DNA of 64,000 nt from a virus (lineage: Duplodnaviria > Caudoviricetes), in the IMG/VR virus record IMGVR_UViG_3300048583_000056, positions 1,245 through 65,244 of that record, one strand, 5' to 3'. Below the pieces are notes generated by a model. The model was not told the DNA's origin, made no database searches, and was given only the letters and a program-made list of their open reading frames with translations. Positions 37,071 to 47,436 of this stretch are shown here, piece after piece (the first letter of the stretch is position 1; each line of letters starts with the position of its first letter). The position numbers were made by a program, and so were the translations under genes.

Positions 37071-37853
37071 CTTAATAACACCTTTGAAGTGCTCTTTTAG
37101 CTGTGAAGTATCCAAACCAAGTTCTTCGAAGCCGATTAAGTAGTTATTATACCTCTCAGAGAGGATATTCGGGTATGTAATACCATTTGGTCGTTCGAAA
37201 CGATGTAACCATCTTAAAAATGGGAGACACAGAGTCTTTTTACCATGTTTACGATACTTTTCATGGATGTAACCCTCTTCTCCACCAAATCCTCTGAAGT
37301 CTTTGTTGTAACCCAGCCAAGAGTCTTTACGACAAGAGAACAATCCCATGCCTTGAGCGGGTATTTCGAATGGTTCATCGTAAATATTGATACCCCTAGG
37401 GTCGGTTCCCCACTTTCCCCACATATATCCATCCCATATTAAGTCAAAATGAGTGGAAATACTCTTCATATCGTCATAAACGAGTGGCCCTTGGAGTAAA
37501 TTACCATCATCTAGACCAGCCTCGTAAAACATTATGAGTCTTTTTAGAGATCCGGGGTGAACCAGAACATGTGAGTCTAAACAAAGAACGTAAGGAGTAT
37601 CTGCAAGATCAAAAACCTTATTTTTTACTGAAGTTGACTTGTATTTGGTGAATGGGAGGTATTGAACAGGCTCTTTAATCCATTCCAAGAGTTTTCGATT
37701 GGAAATTCCATGATTACTATTGGGATTGTTGTCAATAATGACGAATTCAATGTCTTCTAAAATTTCTGGATGAAACATTCGAATATTTTGGATGGTGAAA
37801 TACAATCCATCGTAATCATCGTGAGTTGCCATCCCAATTGTAAGCTTTTTCAT
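37065..37853 (-). CDS. Glycosyltransferase family 2
   Basis: LTIGMAT, VIIDNN, LCLDSH, GFGGEEGY, WLHRF. Confidence 0.88.
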   Translation of the reverse strand: MKKLTIGMATHDDYDGLYFTIQNIRMFHPEILEDIEFVIIDNNPNSNHGISNRKLLEWIKEPVQYLPFTKYKSTSVKNKVFDLADTPYVLCLDSHVLVHPGSLKRLIMFYEAGLDDGNLLQGPLVYDDMKSISTHFDLIWDGYMWGKWGTDPRGINIYDEPFEIPAQGMGLFSCRKDSWLGYNKDFRGFGGEEGYIHEKYRKHGKKTLCLPFLRWLHRFERPNGITYPNILSERYNNYLIGFEELGLDTSQLKEHFKGVIKS

Positions 37854-37863
37854 ACTCTAATTA

Positions 37864-38580
37864 TCAAAAATTGAGATAATTGCAACCTTCTTCGGGTCTT
37901 ATTGACATAAAACTAAGAGATGGGGCTAATGTCGTAGAAGTAGTGGGTATTATAGGGGCAGCAGTGGTTGTAGTGGTCACAATATTAAGAGAAAGAGACT
38001 TGTCTGCGACTGGTGGATTGGTTGTGATGGACACATTCAACCCATTAATAGTCGTCGGTAAAACAAATACTAATTCTTCTGGAAATAATTCTTCTAAACC
38101 TTCATCGGGACAGCAACAAACACAAGAAAGTTCTTCTGTTTCTGTCCCATCTGGACAAGCAAAATCAAAATTAAAGGAAAAGCTTTCTCCGTCCCCACCA
38201 CTATATGTTAAATCTTGTATGACTACAGGGTTGACTAAATTAGAACCCACTAAATCATATGCTCTGATCCCAACAGTTCCGAAATTTCCGAACCCATTCA
38301 TTTGAACATTGATCATGTTCAATGTATTTGTGCCAATATTTAATAAAGCATCATCGAACCTGTAAACATCCATGAGTGCTAATGGACAAGGAAAATCTGG
38401 TTGGGTTATAACTAAAGTCGGATCAACTGATCCTATAAAAACTGCACCAACTTGAGCATCCGCATTTAAATCCAATAATCCTAAGAGAGTGCCATTGATC
38501 ACAATATTAAAATTGTCATCGATAACAGAGTTTTCGTTACATATTTGAAAAACGATAACTTTACCGGGACAGAGTGCCAT
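37864..38580 (-). CDS. Thr-rich, Cys-cluster virion-type protein
   Basis: Beta-rich N-domain, CVCCCPD, Thr tract, C-terminal CNYLNF. Confidence 0.7.
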   Translation of the reverse strand: MALCPGKVIVFQICNENSVIDDNFNIVINGTLLGLLDLNADAQVGAVFIGSVDPTLVITQPDFPCPLALMDVYRFDDALLNIGTNTLNMINVQMNGFGNFGTVGIRAYDLVGSNLVNPVVIQDLTYSGGDGESFSFNFDFACPDGTETEELSCVCCCPDEGLEELFPEELVFVLPTTINGLNVSITTNPPVADKSLSLNIVTTTTTAAPIIPTTSTTLAPSLSFMSIRPEEGCNYLNF

Positions 38581-38583
38581 TTC

Positions 38584-39255
38584 TTAAAAATTTAAATAGT
38601 TACAATTAGTGTCCCCACATTTACAAGGATTTGTAGTAGAAATAGTGGTGGGGGGTGAAGTCTGAGTCGTAGTAGAAGTCTGAGTCGTAGTAGAAGTTTG
38701 TGTAGTATTTATATTAACAGATAATGAAGAAGATTTAATATTTGGTGTGGTCAATAACGAAATAGATTGCCCATTTACTGGTAGGGGGAGTGTGAAAACC
38801 AAAGGTGCTATTGTTACAGTCGAAAAATCATCTGGACAACATCCACAGCAAGGCTTTGTAGTGGGTTCTGGCGAAGATGTTGTTGTTGTTGTTGTTGTTG
38901 TTGTTGTCCCAGAGGGTGCTGGTGTCGTCGTGGTGGTCGTTGGTGGAACCAACGACACACTTATCCCATAATCACCCACGACCGACCCAGAATATCCCCT
39001 AGCCTTTACCCAATACTCTGTCCCTGCTGCTAGACCCCAAACAATTTTGGCATTGGAGCCAACACCGCTATCATCATCCGACGTTATTAAAGTGATCGCA
39101 TCTGTTTCATATAATTCTAAAAATGTATCAATCGAGCCATTCGTTTCTATTATATAATCGCCAGAAAAAATTGTGAAAAAATTATACCACTCTTCTTCCG
39201 ATGGATCGAAGTATGACGCATATGGCGGGTCATTAACAGTCAGAAGAACACTCAT
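38584..39255 (-). CDS. PPC-like domain + mucin-like Thr tracts + Cys-cluster protein
   Basis: DTFLELY..DDDSG.G.NAKI..Y.VK.RGY; CCGCCPD; C-terminal CNYLNF; TAAATA upstream. Confidence 0.75.
   Translation of the reverse strand: MSVLLTVNDPPYASYFDPSEEEWYNFFTIFSGDYIIETNGSIDTFLELYETDAITLITSDDDSGVGSNAKIVWGLAAGTEYWVKARGYSGSVVGDYGISVSLVPPTTTTTTPAPSGTTTTTTTTTTSSPEPTTKPCCGCCPDDFSTVTIAPLVFTLPLPVNGQSISLLTTPNIKSSSLSVNINTTQTSTTTQTSTTTQTSPPTTISTTNPCKCGDTNCNYLNF
38657..38707. repeat. 18-bp tandem repeat encoding TTTQTS
   Basis: GAAGTCTGAGTCGTAGTA x2 plus a degenerate third copy. Confidence 0.85.
38878..38907. repeat. (TGT)10 microsatellite encoding poly-Thr
   Basis: Read directly. Confidence 0.9.
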
Positions 39256-39264
39256 CTCCTATAT

Positions 39265-39990
39265 TTAGAATGGTATAGCCGATATACCAGATAATAATGT
39301 AAATGTTGTAGGTATGGATGCGGTTAAAGCAATCATAGGAATAATTTCATATGAAGGTAATTCTGTGCTACCATTCACATGAAAATTTTTCAAAAACATG
39401 GTTGATGGTGTGATGGAAACAGAAGATATCGGAGAACAGAATGAAAATCCCGGATAAACAATAGTATTATCCGATATCTGTAAACTACTTATAGTCACAG
39501 AAGTCAAATTTCTAAATTTATGATCGGGAGTTTTATAATCCACATACAATTTCTTCCCGGCATTAGAATATCTAAATCTCAAGGTTTGGTATACCTTGGT
39601 GGAAGAAGATAATACAAATCTTGTGTCTAATGCCGACAATGCTTGATTAAAAATCACAGAATTGGTCGAATCTCTTATAACCAAACTATTAGCTTTAATA
39701 GATGATCTCGGAACACCAGATCTTATCGGAGTCGATAGTGCGAAATATCCAGTGGAGTCAAAAGCGATACCTATAACACTACTCAAAAGAGGATATCCTA
39801 GGTAATGTCCCGGATATGATGTTAGTCTCGGATTTAGTGTTAAGTATGTGCAAAAACCATGTTGAGATCCGGTCAAAGCATATGTAAAACTCCAGACAAC
39901 ATCCCAGTTTAGGTTGTAGTCTTTTTTATCATCAATAAAACCAATATACTTGGCACTTGATGATAATGATATGTTATAAGGGAAAGCCAT
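39265..39990 (-). CDS. Legume-lectin/ConA-like virion protein
   Basis: GFCTYL..GHYLGY..IGIAFDSTG beta-sandwich pattern. Confidence 0.55.
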   Translation of the reverse strand: MAFPYNISLSSSAKYIGFIDDKKDYNLNWDVVWSFTYALTGSQHGFCTYLTLNPRLTSYPGHYLGYPLLSSVIGIAFDSTGYFALSTPIRSGVPRSSIKANSLVIRDSTNSVIFNQALSALDTRFVLSSSTKVYQTLRFRYSNAGKKLYVDYKTPDHKFRNLTSVTISSLQISDNTIVYPGFSFCSPISSVSITPSTMFLKNFHVNGSTELPSYEIIPMIALTASIPTTFTLLSGISAIPF

Positions 39991-39991
39991 C

Positions 39992-40861
39992 TTAATATGA
40001 TAGTAACAAGGTCACAACAGCATCAGCCTTTGATCCATCCGCGCTTAAAACTTGAACTTGGCAACCAGTTGAAGACATAAATGTGGTTCTGGCAGAATAT
40101 CCAACAGATGGAGTAATTCCAAATATTTGCACATTTGGTATCAAGTTTGCCGTGGGTAGTTGGGCATATTTGAATACGTAATGTCCAGTGGACAACTTAT
40201 CAACCGATGTTATATGTCTAGAATAGTTTATAGTTGATGTGTTGCCATCATACTTGGCATATAATTGATTTGATTGGATGACTATATTGGAAGAAAGCGG
40301 GTTCATAGCAGAACCCGTAGAGCTTAGTCCATTAGAGGTCGAGGTTAATCCGCTAGAAACCGTAATAGTTTTTGTGGAAACCCTTTGGAATGGAATGTTT
40401 GCAGATAAGCCTATTCTACCACTATTTAAAATCAGTGGTGCATCGATTAGGTCAATACTCACAGAGTTGGCAGATAATGCATTCAAAGTTATCACATTTG
40501 ATGAGTTGATGCTGATCAAATTACTTCCAGATGTATAAATCCCACCAACTTCTTTCCAGTCGGTGGTATTGCTTCCAATATTTCCAGATAGTGTGTATAA
40601 TTTGTTGCTATCTATAATAAATCCAAAATCTCCAACAACCGCAGGGGATTTATTAAGTGCCAATGAAGCTAAACTCGTTTCATAACCTAAAAAAAGATTT
40701 CCAACAACATCTCCACCACTTAGAGAACCGTTTCCAACAAACAAACGTCTAGTATTAGTAGTATATACGGGTTCGCCTGATGTAAAAACAATATGTCTTC
40801 TATCGTTGTCTGAACCTTGTCGAAAAACAAGTTTTAAAATGGTATCTTGTAGAATAGTCAT
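39992..40861 (-). CDS. Fibre protein with Mtd-N/hyaluronidase-like N-terminal domain
   Basis: RQG......FTSGEPVYTTNTRRLFVGNG. Confidence 0.7.
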   Translation of the reverse strand: MTILQDTILKLVFRQGSDNDRRHIVFTSGEPVYTTNTRRLFVGNGSLSGGDVVGNLFLGYETSLASLALNKSPAVVGDFGFIIDSNKLYTLSGNIGSNTTDWKEVGGIYTSGSNLISINSSNVITLNALSANSVSIDLIDAPLILNSGRIGLSANIPFQRVSTKTITVSSGLTSTSNGLSSTGSAMNPLSSNIVIQSNQLYAKYDGNTSTINYSRHITSVDKLSTGHYVFKYAQLPTANLIPNVQIFGITPSVGYSARTTFMSSTGCQVQVLSADGSKADAVVTLLLSY

Positions 40862-40868
40862 ATATTAA

Positions 40869-41957
40869 TTAATAAGAGAAGATAGGAATTGCAAATCTTC
40901 CAATAACTTGACCACTTTGTGTAGTGCTTGGGCTACTAAACAGGATGAATCCTGCTGAAGATAGAGAAACTGTCATACCGTTTGATGATAATGCAGTGAA
41001 GTATGCTAGTTCTATTCCGGGAATTGTCCCAGTTATAGTTTGCGCTGGTGAACCATTAAAGATACAAGATAGTGAGTTTGAACTATTGGCTGGACTCAGT
41101 GTAGAATTCCCAGTTAATACATCAAAAATGGCCGATTGGTTCACTGTCACTCTACCGTATACATCAGTTGAGATAGATGCTAGTTGATTTGATGTAGATA
41201 CACCAATAACCTTGCTACTAATTTCACCACTTAAGTTTTTCGTTAGAGTGGTTTCGTCCACGCTCGCCAATGAAGCACTTAAAGTTGGCGAATTGTAAAC
41301 TAGGCCAGCACCAAAGAACGATGAAGGTAAAGAAGAAATTTTTAAAGTGTTCGTATCGAAATAAAAATGGTTGGTGTCCACATCTAGCGAGATTTTTCCA
41401 CCGGACCCACCAACAATACCACCACCGAATGATGTAGAGACAACTTCTCGCTCAGATACTCCAGATGGTCTCAACCCGAGCTTGTTTGCAGATAATTGTA
41501 GAGACGATGGGTCTATGTTGAGTTGGAGAATACCGTTTTGGATCTTGATGCCGGATAATACTGTCGTGGGATTTATATAACCAGCAGACAAACTCGATGG
41601 TATAACAGTTATGCCATTGCTTGCGTTATATTGTAAAATTGTTGGGTCTAGTTTTGGTCCAACATTGGCCCAAGATGCCACATTTGCATAATTAGTTGCA
41701 GTTAATTGGTAGAATATATTATTAACCAAAACAATATCACCAATTTCGGAAACCAAAGTGGATAATGAGAAGTAATTTATAATTGGAGAATGAATTCTAT
41801 TGCCGACAACCGATCCACCATAACCAGAACCACTTCCGATATATACTCTCTTAGTATCTGTCGTGGATACGATTTCACCTTGGTCTAAGGCAGTAATATC
41901 TAACTGTGCCTTGGTCCCTCGTCTTGGCTTAACTTTCGAAATTTTTAATTCAGGCAT
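40869..41957 (-). CDS. Fibre protein with Mtd-N-like N-terminal domain
   Basis: RRG......LDQGEIVSTTDTKRVYIGSG and beta-spiral-like repeats. Confidence 0.7.
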   Translation of the reverse strand: MPELKISKVKPRRGTKAQLDITALDQGEIVSTTDTKRVYIGSGSGYGGSVVGNRIHSPIINYFSLSTLVSEIGDIVLVNNIFYQLTATNYANVASWANVGPKLDPTILQYNASNGITVIPSSLSAGYINPTTVLSGIKIQNGILQLNIDPSSLQLSANKLGLRPSGVSEREVVSTSFGGGIVGGSGGKISLDVDTNHFYFDTNTLKISSLPSSFFGAGLVYNSPTLSASLASVDETTLTKNLSGEISSKVIGVSTSNQLASISTDVYGRVTVNQSAIFDVLTGNSTLSPANSSNSLSCIFNGSPAQTITGTIPGIELAYFTALSSNGMTVSLSSAGFILFSSPSTTQSGQVIGRFAIPIFSY

Positions 41958-41965
41958 AAATTATA

Positions 41966-42799
41966 TTAGGCTGTGCGTTGCCATACGAAAACACCAAATG
42001 ATGGGGGTGTAACATTATGTGCAGCATTTCCACCAGTAGCATTTAGAATAACCTCACCATCATTTCTTCCGAATTGGGAGTTTACTCCGGTTCCGCCAAG
42101 AGTAGGAACACCGGATGTGTGCCCATCATCTTGATGTCGAATAACTTGTTGGTTTAATAAAGTGTTGAATGACGCTGTCCCGGTTCCGTCCTCATAAGAT
42201 GCAACAGTTTTACCAGTATGCGTGTGTGATGGCATCTCATTGGGGGTTAAAGCGTGGTAATATTCCCCATTATTTAAACCGACCCCAAATCCTCTACTGA
42301 GACCATTTTCATCATACCCAACACCAGCACCAACCAAAAATCTACCCTCCGAAGCTTTTATCCAAGTAGTTCCAGAGAAATATGTTCCCGGATTTACATC
42401 GACCACATTCAAATAAATGGAACCAACTGGGTATAGTAAACCGAATAGAGTAATATCTGTCAAAGATATTGGATACGTCACATTACCAGCTTTTAAATTT
42501 TGTGTAACAATACTATTTGCACTAAGAGATAACGTATTGATATCTAATGCATTTAGTCTACTGACCCCCAAATTACTTGCATTTACCGTCGCAGCATCCA
42601 GTGTTTGATCAATAGTAGCATTAGTAGCTTGCAGTGTCCCAGTAATTTTGGCCCCATTGTTGATTCTTCCTAAAGATAGAGATGATTGGTTACCATCACC
42701 GTCAAATATTTCAGAAAGTCCAGATGCGCTGATATTTACATCTGAGTGTAAAACACCGTGATATGTATCAGCAATAAATTTATCTAAAAAAGAACTCAT
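41966..42799 (-). CDS. Baseplate/short-fibre protein with gp10/gp12-like C-terminus
   Basis: YPVGSIY, GRFLVGAG, LTPNEMPSHTH, TGGNAAHNV.P...VWQRTA. Confidence 0.8.
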   Translation of the reverse strand: MSSFLDKFIADTYHGVLHSDVNISASGLSEIFDGDGNQSSLSLGRINNGAKITGTLQATNATIDQTLDAATVNASNLGVSRLNALDINTLSLSANSIVTQNLKAGNVTYPISLTDITLFGLLYPVGSIYLNVVDVNPGTYFSGTTWIKASEGRFLVGAGVGYDENGLSRGFGVGLNNGEYYHALTPNEMPSHTHTGKTVASYEDGTGTASFNTLLNQQVIRHQDDGHTSGVPTLGGTGVNSQFGRNDGEVILNATGGNAAHNVTPPSFGVFVWQRTA

Positions 42800-42833
42800 T
42801 TGATTTATTTAATCAAGAGTTTGATAAATCAAC

Positions 42834-44639
42834 TCAAGAAGGGATAATGCGTTTTTGTAACTCCAATATTTGGAACAATATTCTTTGTAGCATCAAAACA
42901 TTGAAGGTCTCGTTGCCATTCATGTATAAATTGTCCACGATTATGGCATAATCCTGTATTTCCTTGTGTAGGACTTCTCTTTCCTCAATCACGAAGGAAT
43001 TCGACGCATTTCGAAGTATACTCAAGGTGTCATCCAGTAGATTTCTTATGATGATGTTCAATTGTATACCAATGGACGAATCTGAGCACACAACACCCCC
43101 AAATTTTTGAGGAAGATCTAGAGGAATAGAAGTCAAGAACCTATCATTCATTGGTTGGGCAATCGCATATAGTCTTCCAACGTTGTGGAGAAGCATATAC
43201 ATCTTATTATTTTTCAAAGTTGTAGCAGTAGCTAAATTTTTATAGAAATTTGCCTTGTTATTGGAGGTATCCCATTTTGTTGGGATATAGTTCCAAAATT
43301 CCAATGTATTATTCCAAGTAGTAGGAGTAGAATAGTCCAATTCACAAGTTTCTAGTCTACCTGATGGATAGGTGGGTTTGGATAGGTATCTAGTTTGATA
43401 CTCTACATCATTTGATAAGATGAAAATATCGGAATCGTAGTCCACGAACTTCACTTTGAAATTAGCACCATTTAAGTTGACACTTTCGATGCTGTTATGT
43501 AAAATCGTGGACGTATCAGTTGGATCGAACTGTGTCACAGTCATTTTACCCAATAGATTATGTAGAACGATGATATAATCATCAATTGCTCTTATATCTA
43601 GATCCAATACGTCTCCTATCCCCAGAGCTTTCAGTGAAAGGGTAGCGAACACATCAGAAGAATACTTGTTTAATAGAAGAAGATTGAGATTATCATCCAA
43701 TAAAGTTCTATAGTTGTATCCGAATCGGATGCTGTTTGGGTTGTTTGGATTATCGACAGTATATTTGGAATCCCAAGTAAATCTTATCTCTGGAGCAGAC
43801 CAGATTTCGTCTGGGGTATTCCATTTTATAAATTTGAACTTACTTTCCTTCAAAGCAATGATATCTTCCAAGACAGTGTTATCACATTCACCATAAGTAG
43901 TAGCATCATGCACTTCAATAGTGCTGGACTTCACATATAAGATCTTTTTCTTGTATTGGTCATGGTGAATAGAGTAAACATAATCAGGGTTCTCATATCC
44001 TCTAGTCCCGCTTACGAAATTGATGTTGTTATATACACTTAGAAGCTCTAGAGGTGCTTTGTCGCCATAGTTCCCTCTGAAGGTAAAGGTTCCTTCACCA
44101 TTTGTGCAAACATACTTAAAATCTTCCGAAGCATTAACTACAATTGCACCAGAAAAAACCTCGTCTAGATAACTGAATGTAGGAATCTTTGAAAACGGTT
44201 CTATATGTCCGAGATAATTTTGTTTTGCTGGTATTGTGGTGAAGCTACCACCTTCCACAACACTAGATAGTCCATAAAAGAAGCATTTGTTCTCCTCATA
44301 CTTATAAACTGTAGGATTTGCAAGCACCAGACCTTTAACACAGATAAGATTGTTGCCTGTGATGTTACTTGTCAGGTCTTTCATCCCCTGATTATCAAAA
44401 ATATCAAACGAATTACTCAAATTAGCAACAGGTTGCTCAATATTTTGATAAGTCGTGTTAGTTTCTTTACGATTTAGGTATAAATTAGCAAGGAAAGTAT
44501 TTTTTGGAGATAGTTCATCTGATTCTGCGTCAAGAGATTGACCAGAATACGCCACACCATCAACAATATTGAAGAATCCTAGATAATTGGAGCTGTCGAG
44601 GGTGAAAGATTCACCATTTGTGTATTTGAAATAACTCAT
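42834..44639 (-). CDS. Putative structural protein
   Basis: 601 aa in the tail operon. Confidence 0.7.
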   Translation of the reverse strand: MSYFKYTNGESFTLDSSNYLGFFNIVDGVAYSGQSLDAESDELSPKNTFLANLYLNRKETNTTYQNIEQPVANLSNSFDIFDNQGMKDLTSNITGNNLICVKGLVLANPTVYKYEENKCFFYGLSSVVEGGSFTTIPAKQNYLGHIEPFSKIPTFSYLDEVFSGAIVVNASEDFKYVCTNGEGTFTFRGNYGDKAPLELLSVYNNINFVSGTRGYENPDYVYSIHHDQYKKKILYVKSSTIEVHDATTYGECDNTVLEDIIALKESKFKFIKWNTPDEIWSAPEIRFTWDSKYTVDNPNNPNSIRFGYNYRTLLDDNLNLLLLNKYSSDVFATLSLKALGIGDVLDLDIRAIDDYIIVLHNLLGKMTVTQFDPTDTSTILHNSIESVNLNGANFKVKFVDYDSDIFILSNDVEYQTRYLSKPTYPSGRLETCELDYSTPTTWNNTLEFWNYIPTKWDTSNNKANFYKNLATATTLKNNKMYMLLHNVGRLYAIAQPMNDRFLTSIPLDLPQKFGGVVCSDSSIGIQLNIIIRNLLDDTLSILRNASNSFVIEEREVLHKEIQDYAIIVDNLYMNGNETFNVLMLQRILFQILELQKRIIPS

Positions 44640-46930
44640 TGCTTATAATTATTGAACTCGATATTATTTATAGTGGTGTTGGCTGGTAGAGAATCTTCTA
44701 TGTTATCTCTCAGATGTTTAGATAGATCATTTAGAATAGTTTCTTGCTCAATATTAGTATTTTTAACATTGATATTGATGTATGTTGATTTGAATGTTGA
44801 TGCACCACAAACACTATTGAGTAATCCGATGGAATCTGTGCTGTTTCTCATACCACAAGGTAAGCTGATAGTGATATCATCCACGATAGTAGCCTTGTTT
44901 AATAGGAGTAGAACGCTAGCCAGTTCGCTAGGTGCAAATTGATTAGATACAAACACATTATATATGTTGGAAGATGATATGTTCAGTAGCTTCGTCTTGG
45001 TATCGCCAGAAAACACGAAGAAGTCTCCATATACGAGATGTTTTATGTATAGTTGATACGTTGGTAGCTTAAATGTGGTCACGATTTGGTTGTTGACGAA
45101 GAAATAGGACTCTTTGTTCTTTGTGTTGATACCAATACAGATAAAGTTGGGCTTATATGGTTGAATATCCACAGTTTTGGTAGTTCTGATCCAAGAAAAC
45201 TCTGTCAGATCATATTCAAACATAGTGGAGTCATAAACATCGTAAGCTATAGTCAATGTTTGACCAGATTTAGTGATAGTTAACCCAGAATCGATCTCAT
45301 TTCGATCACTCTTAACAACCCAAGAGGAATCGTCACCATCGAATGTGAATCCTATGGTCATTTCACCATTTTCGTTGATATCTCTGAAGTAGTTGATATC
45401 ATCCAGAGCAATATTCCTAACTATACTAGACAGATTGGAAAAAGTGGAGGCATCGATTCGAGAATAGTTATAACTATTGTTTGGGATAAACACTAGGTCG
45501 CTTTTTTTATCGAAGAACTTCTTAAATTGGCAAGAACTGAGAACATTTGTATTCAAAAGAATCAAATTCTCTATTTGGTCATCATATGTGTCATATGATT
45601 CCGAAACTGCGGATAAAGCTGCTTGTTTCTCGATAAGGTCTGGGTAATAGTATCTATCTACCCAGACCTTATCGTCAGAGTTTGGCGCTCCTGATAACCA
45701 TGTGCATAGTAAGTGCTGATCATGCGTTTTATTGTTGTGATCGGTTGATATATGATAAACTTTATCAGAATATTGTGGAGTAATGTAAGAAAATGCTCCA
45801 CTATCAATGAATTTGGTATCATTGATGTTCAATTGTGCGAATGGATACATGCTCGACGGGCTGTAGAATAAATTACTCCCCGGCTTGATGATATATGGTT
45901 TGTTGTAGAAGACATAGTTCAATTCAAGAGATTCTGAGTTCTCTTCAGGAATATCTGATAAAATAGTGGAGTATTCTCTTAAGTTATCGACATAGATCCC
46001 AGCACTTTCACCTGATAACAGGTTATTCGCTGATGAGAAGATGTCACACTGTAGTAATTGATTTTTTAAGACAATTGTATTGGTAGATGAGTCTTTTGAA
46101 CCATAAGTCTTATGTAGAAGTAGGTTATTGACCAGATTAAACTTGCTCTTGTCTCCGTTAATGGTGTTATCCCCCTCATATGTTATGAATGATACATCTG
46201 GAATGACTTGAGCATCGTTATATATAGACTTGAATATCTTAAACGGTGTTGATGTGTTTGATATCAGGTCATTTGCGATAACTGGGCTAAGGATCAGAGA
46301 ATCGTTGAAATTTGTTACATTATAGTCTCCATTAGGAGTTCTCTTGTAGAAGAATATGAAATTTTGGTCCTCGGAGAAGATATAGTCAAAATCCTGTGGT
46401 TGTACAACGTCTTGGTTGAAGGTTAGTAATTGATCTTTGACGAAAATCAACCTCAAATCGATATCTGAGCATAGATAGAATTTTTTATAATTCAGAGTGA
46501 AGAATATGCGACATCTATTGTTTTCTAGGATGGCTATAGTGAAATTGGTGTTGCTATCTTGGGTAGATGAGAACACCCCGGCCCCATAATTTTTATGTTC
46601 ACCAAATCGTTTAAGAGCAGCATATGGTCTAGGGTCGATTTCACTGAATTTCAGATACTTGCCACCATAACTGATTGGGCCAAAAATATGTGGAACTTTA
46701 GTTCTTAATGTGTCTTGTTCGAAGACATCAGATATCTTGTTGGTATTGGTTAAGTAGAAATTTGTATAATTTTTAGTATCTACACCATTGATTGCAGATA
46801 AACAATTAACAAAGTTGATACTGAAGTTACCCGGATAAGTTCTTTTGTATTGTTTCAACGAAAAAACAGCATCATTCGTTTGAATAATGCTATTTTTTAA
46901 AGAGGATAAGTGCTTCGTAGATGTTTCCAC
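44636..46930 (-). CDS. Putative structural protein
   Basis: 764 aa, TAAATA upstream, LamG-like beta region near the C-terminus. Confidence 0.7.
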   Translation of the reverse strand: METSTKHLSSLKNSIIQTNDAVFSLKQYKRTYPGNFSINFVNCLSAINGVDTKNYTNFYLTNTNKISDVFEQDTLRTKVPHIFGPISYGGKYLKFSEIDPRPYAALKRFGEHKNYGAGVFSSTQDSNTNFTIAILENNRCRIFFTLNYKKFYLCSDIDLRLIFVKDQLLTFNQDVVQPQDFDYIFSEDQNFIFFYKRTPNGDYNVTNFNDSLILSPVIANDLISNTSTPFKIFKSIYNDAQVIPDVSFITYEGDNTINGDKSKFNLVNNLLLHKTYGSKDSSTNTIVLKNQLLQCDIFSSANNLLSGESAGIYVDNLREYSTILSDIPEENSESLELNYVFYNKPYIIKPGSNLFYSPSSMYPFAQLNINDTKFIDSGAFSYITPQYSDKVYHISTDHNNKTHDQHLLCTWLSGAPNSDDKVWVDRYYYPDLIEKQAALSAVSESYDTYDDQIENLILLNTNVLSSCQFKKFFDKKSDLVFIPNNSYNYSRIDASTFSNLSSIVRNIALDDINYFRDINENGEMTIGFTFDGDDSSWVVKSDRNEIDSGLTITKSGQTLTIAYDVYDSTMFEYDLTEFSWIRTTKTVDIQPYKPNFICIGINTKNKESYFFVNNQIVTTFKLPTYQLYIKHLVYGDFFVFSGDTKTKLLNISSSNIYNVFVSNQFAPSELASVLLLLNKATIVDDITISLPCGMRNSTDSIGLLNSVCGASTFKSTYININVKNTNIEQETILNDLSKHLRDNIEDSLPANTTINNIEFNNYKQ

Positions 46931-46938
46931 TTCAATAT

Positions 46939-47436
46939 TTAACTACTACGAAGTTCAACCAAGAAGCCACCAACATCTGTTTTTAATTGATATTGTTTTG
47001 CATTGTTTTCAGATGGTAGAATATTAGTATTGGCTAAAGTCAGATCGTATATAGACTCATAATAGTCATATGTTCTAATTTTAACCGGGAATAAGAACCA
47101 CGTTTGTTCAGAATTGGTGTATTTGATCAAGATCTGACCAGTCAAACTCTTGTATAGGCTTGTTTCCGACGGATAATAGTCGTGAGTGTATTCGGAAAGG
47201 AATACTGGGCTAGTATTGAAGTTGTTGATTACCTTTAAATTAGACTGAAGGATGTTATTATCGTAAAATTGTGACGATCCATCCCCCCAATCTATGTTTA
47301 GGTAGATTGGCATAGAAGACTCGTCCATGTTTTCGAATTGAATGATCAATTTCGTGATATCATTCAGTTCAATGGGTGGAAGTTGTTGAACATTGTTGGT
47401 CGATCCTGATGATAGTTTTAAAGTATAAGTATTCAT
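46939..47436 (-). CDS. PKD-like structural protein
   Basis: IDWGDGS motif. Confidence 0.65.
   Translation of the reverse strand: MNTYTLKLSSGSTNNVQQLPPIELNDITKLIIQFENMDESSMPIYLNIDWGDGSSQFYDNNILQSNLKVINNFNTSPVFLSEYTHDYYPSETSLYKSLTGQILIKYTNSEQTWFLFPVKIRTYDYYESIYDLTLANTNILPSENNAKQYQLKTDVGGFLVELRSS

Noticed and set aside
39992-41957. Diversity-generating retroelement suggested by Mtd-N-like domains
   Set aside because: No reverse transcriptase or TR/VR repeat pair seen in the window; this N-terminal domain is a generic fibre module.
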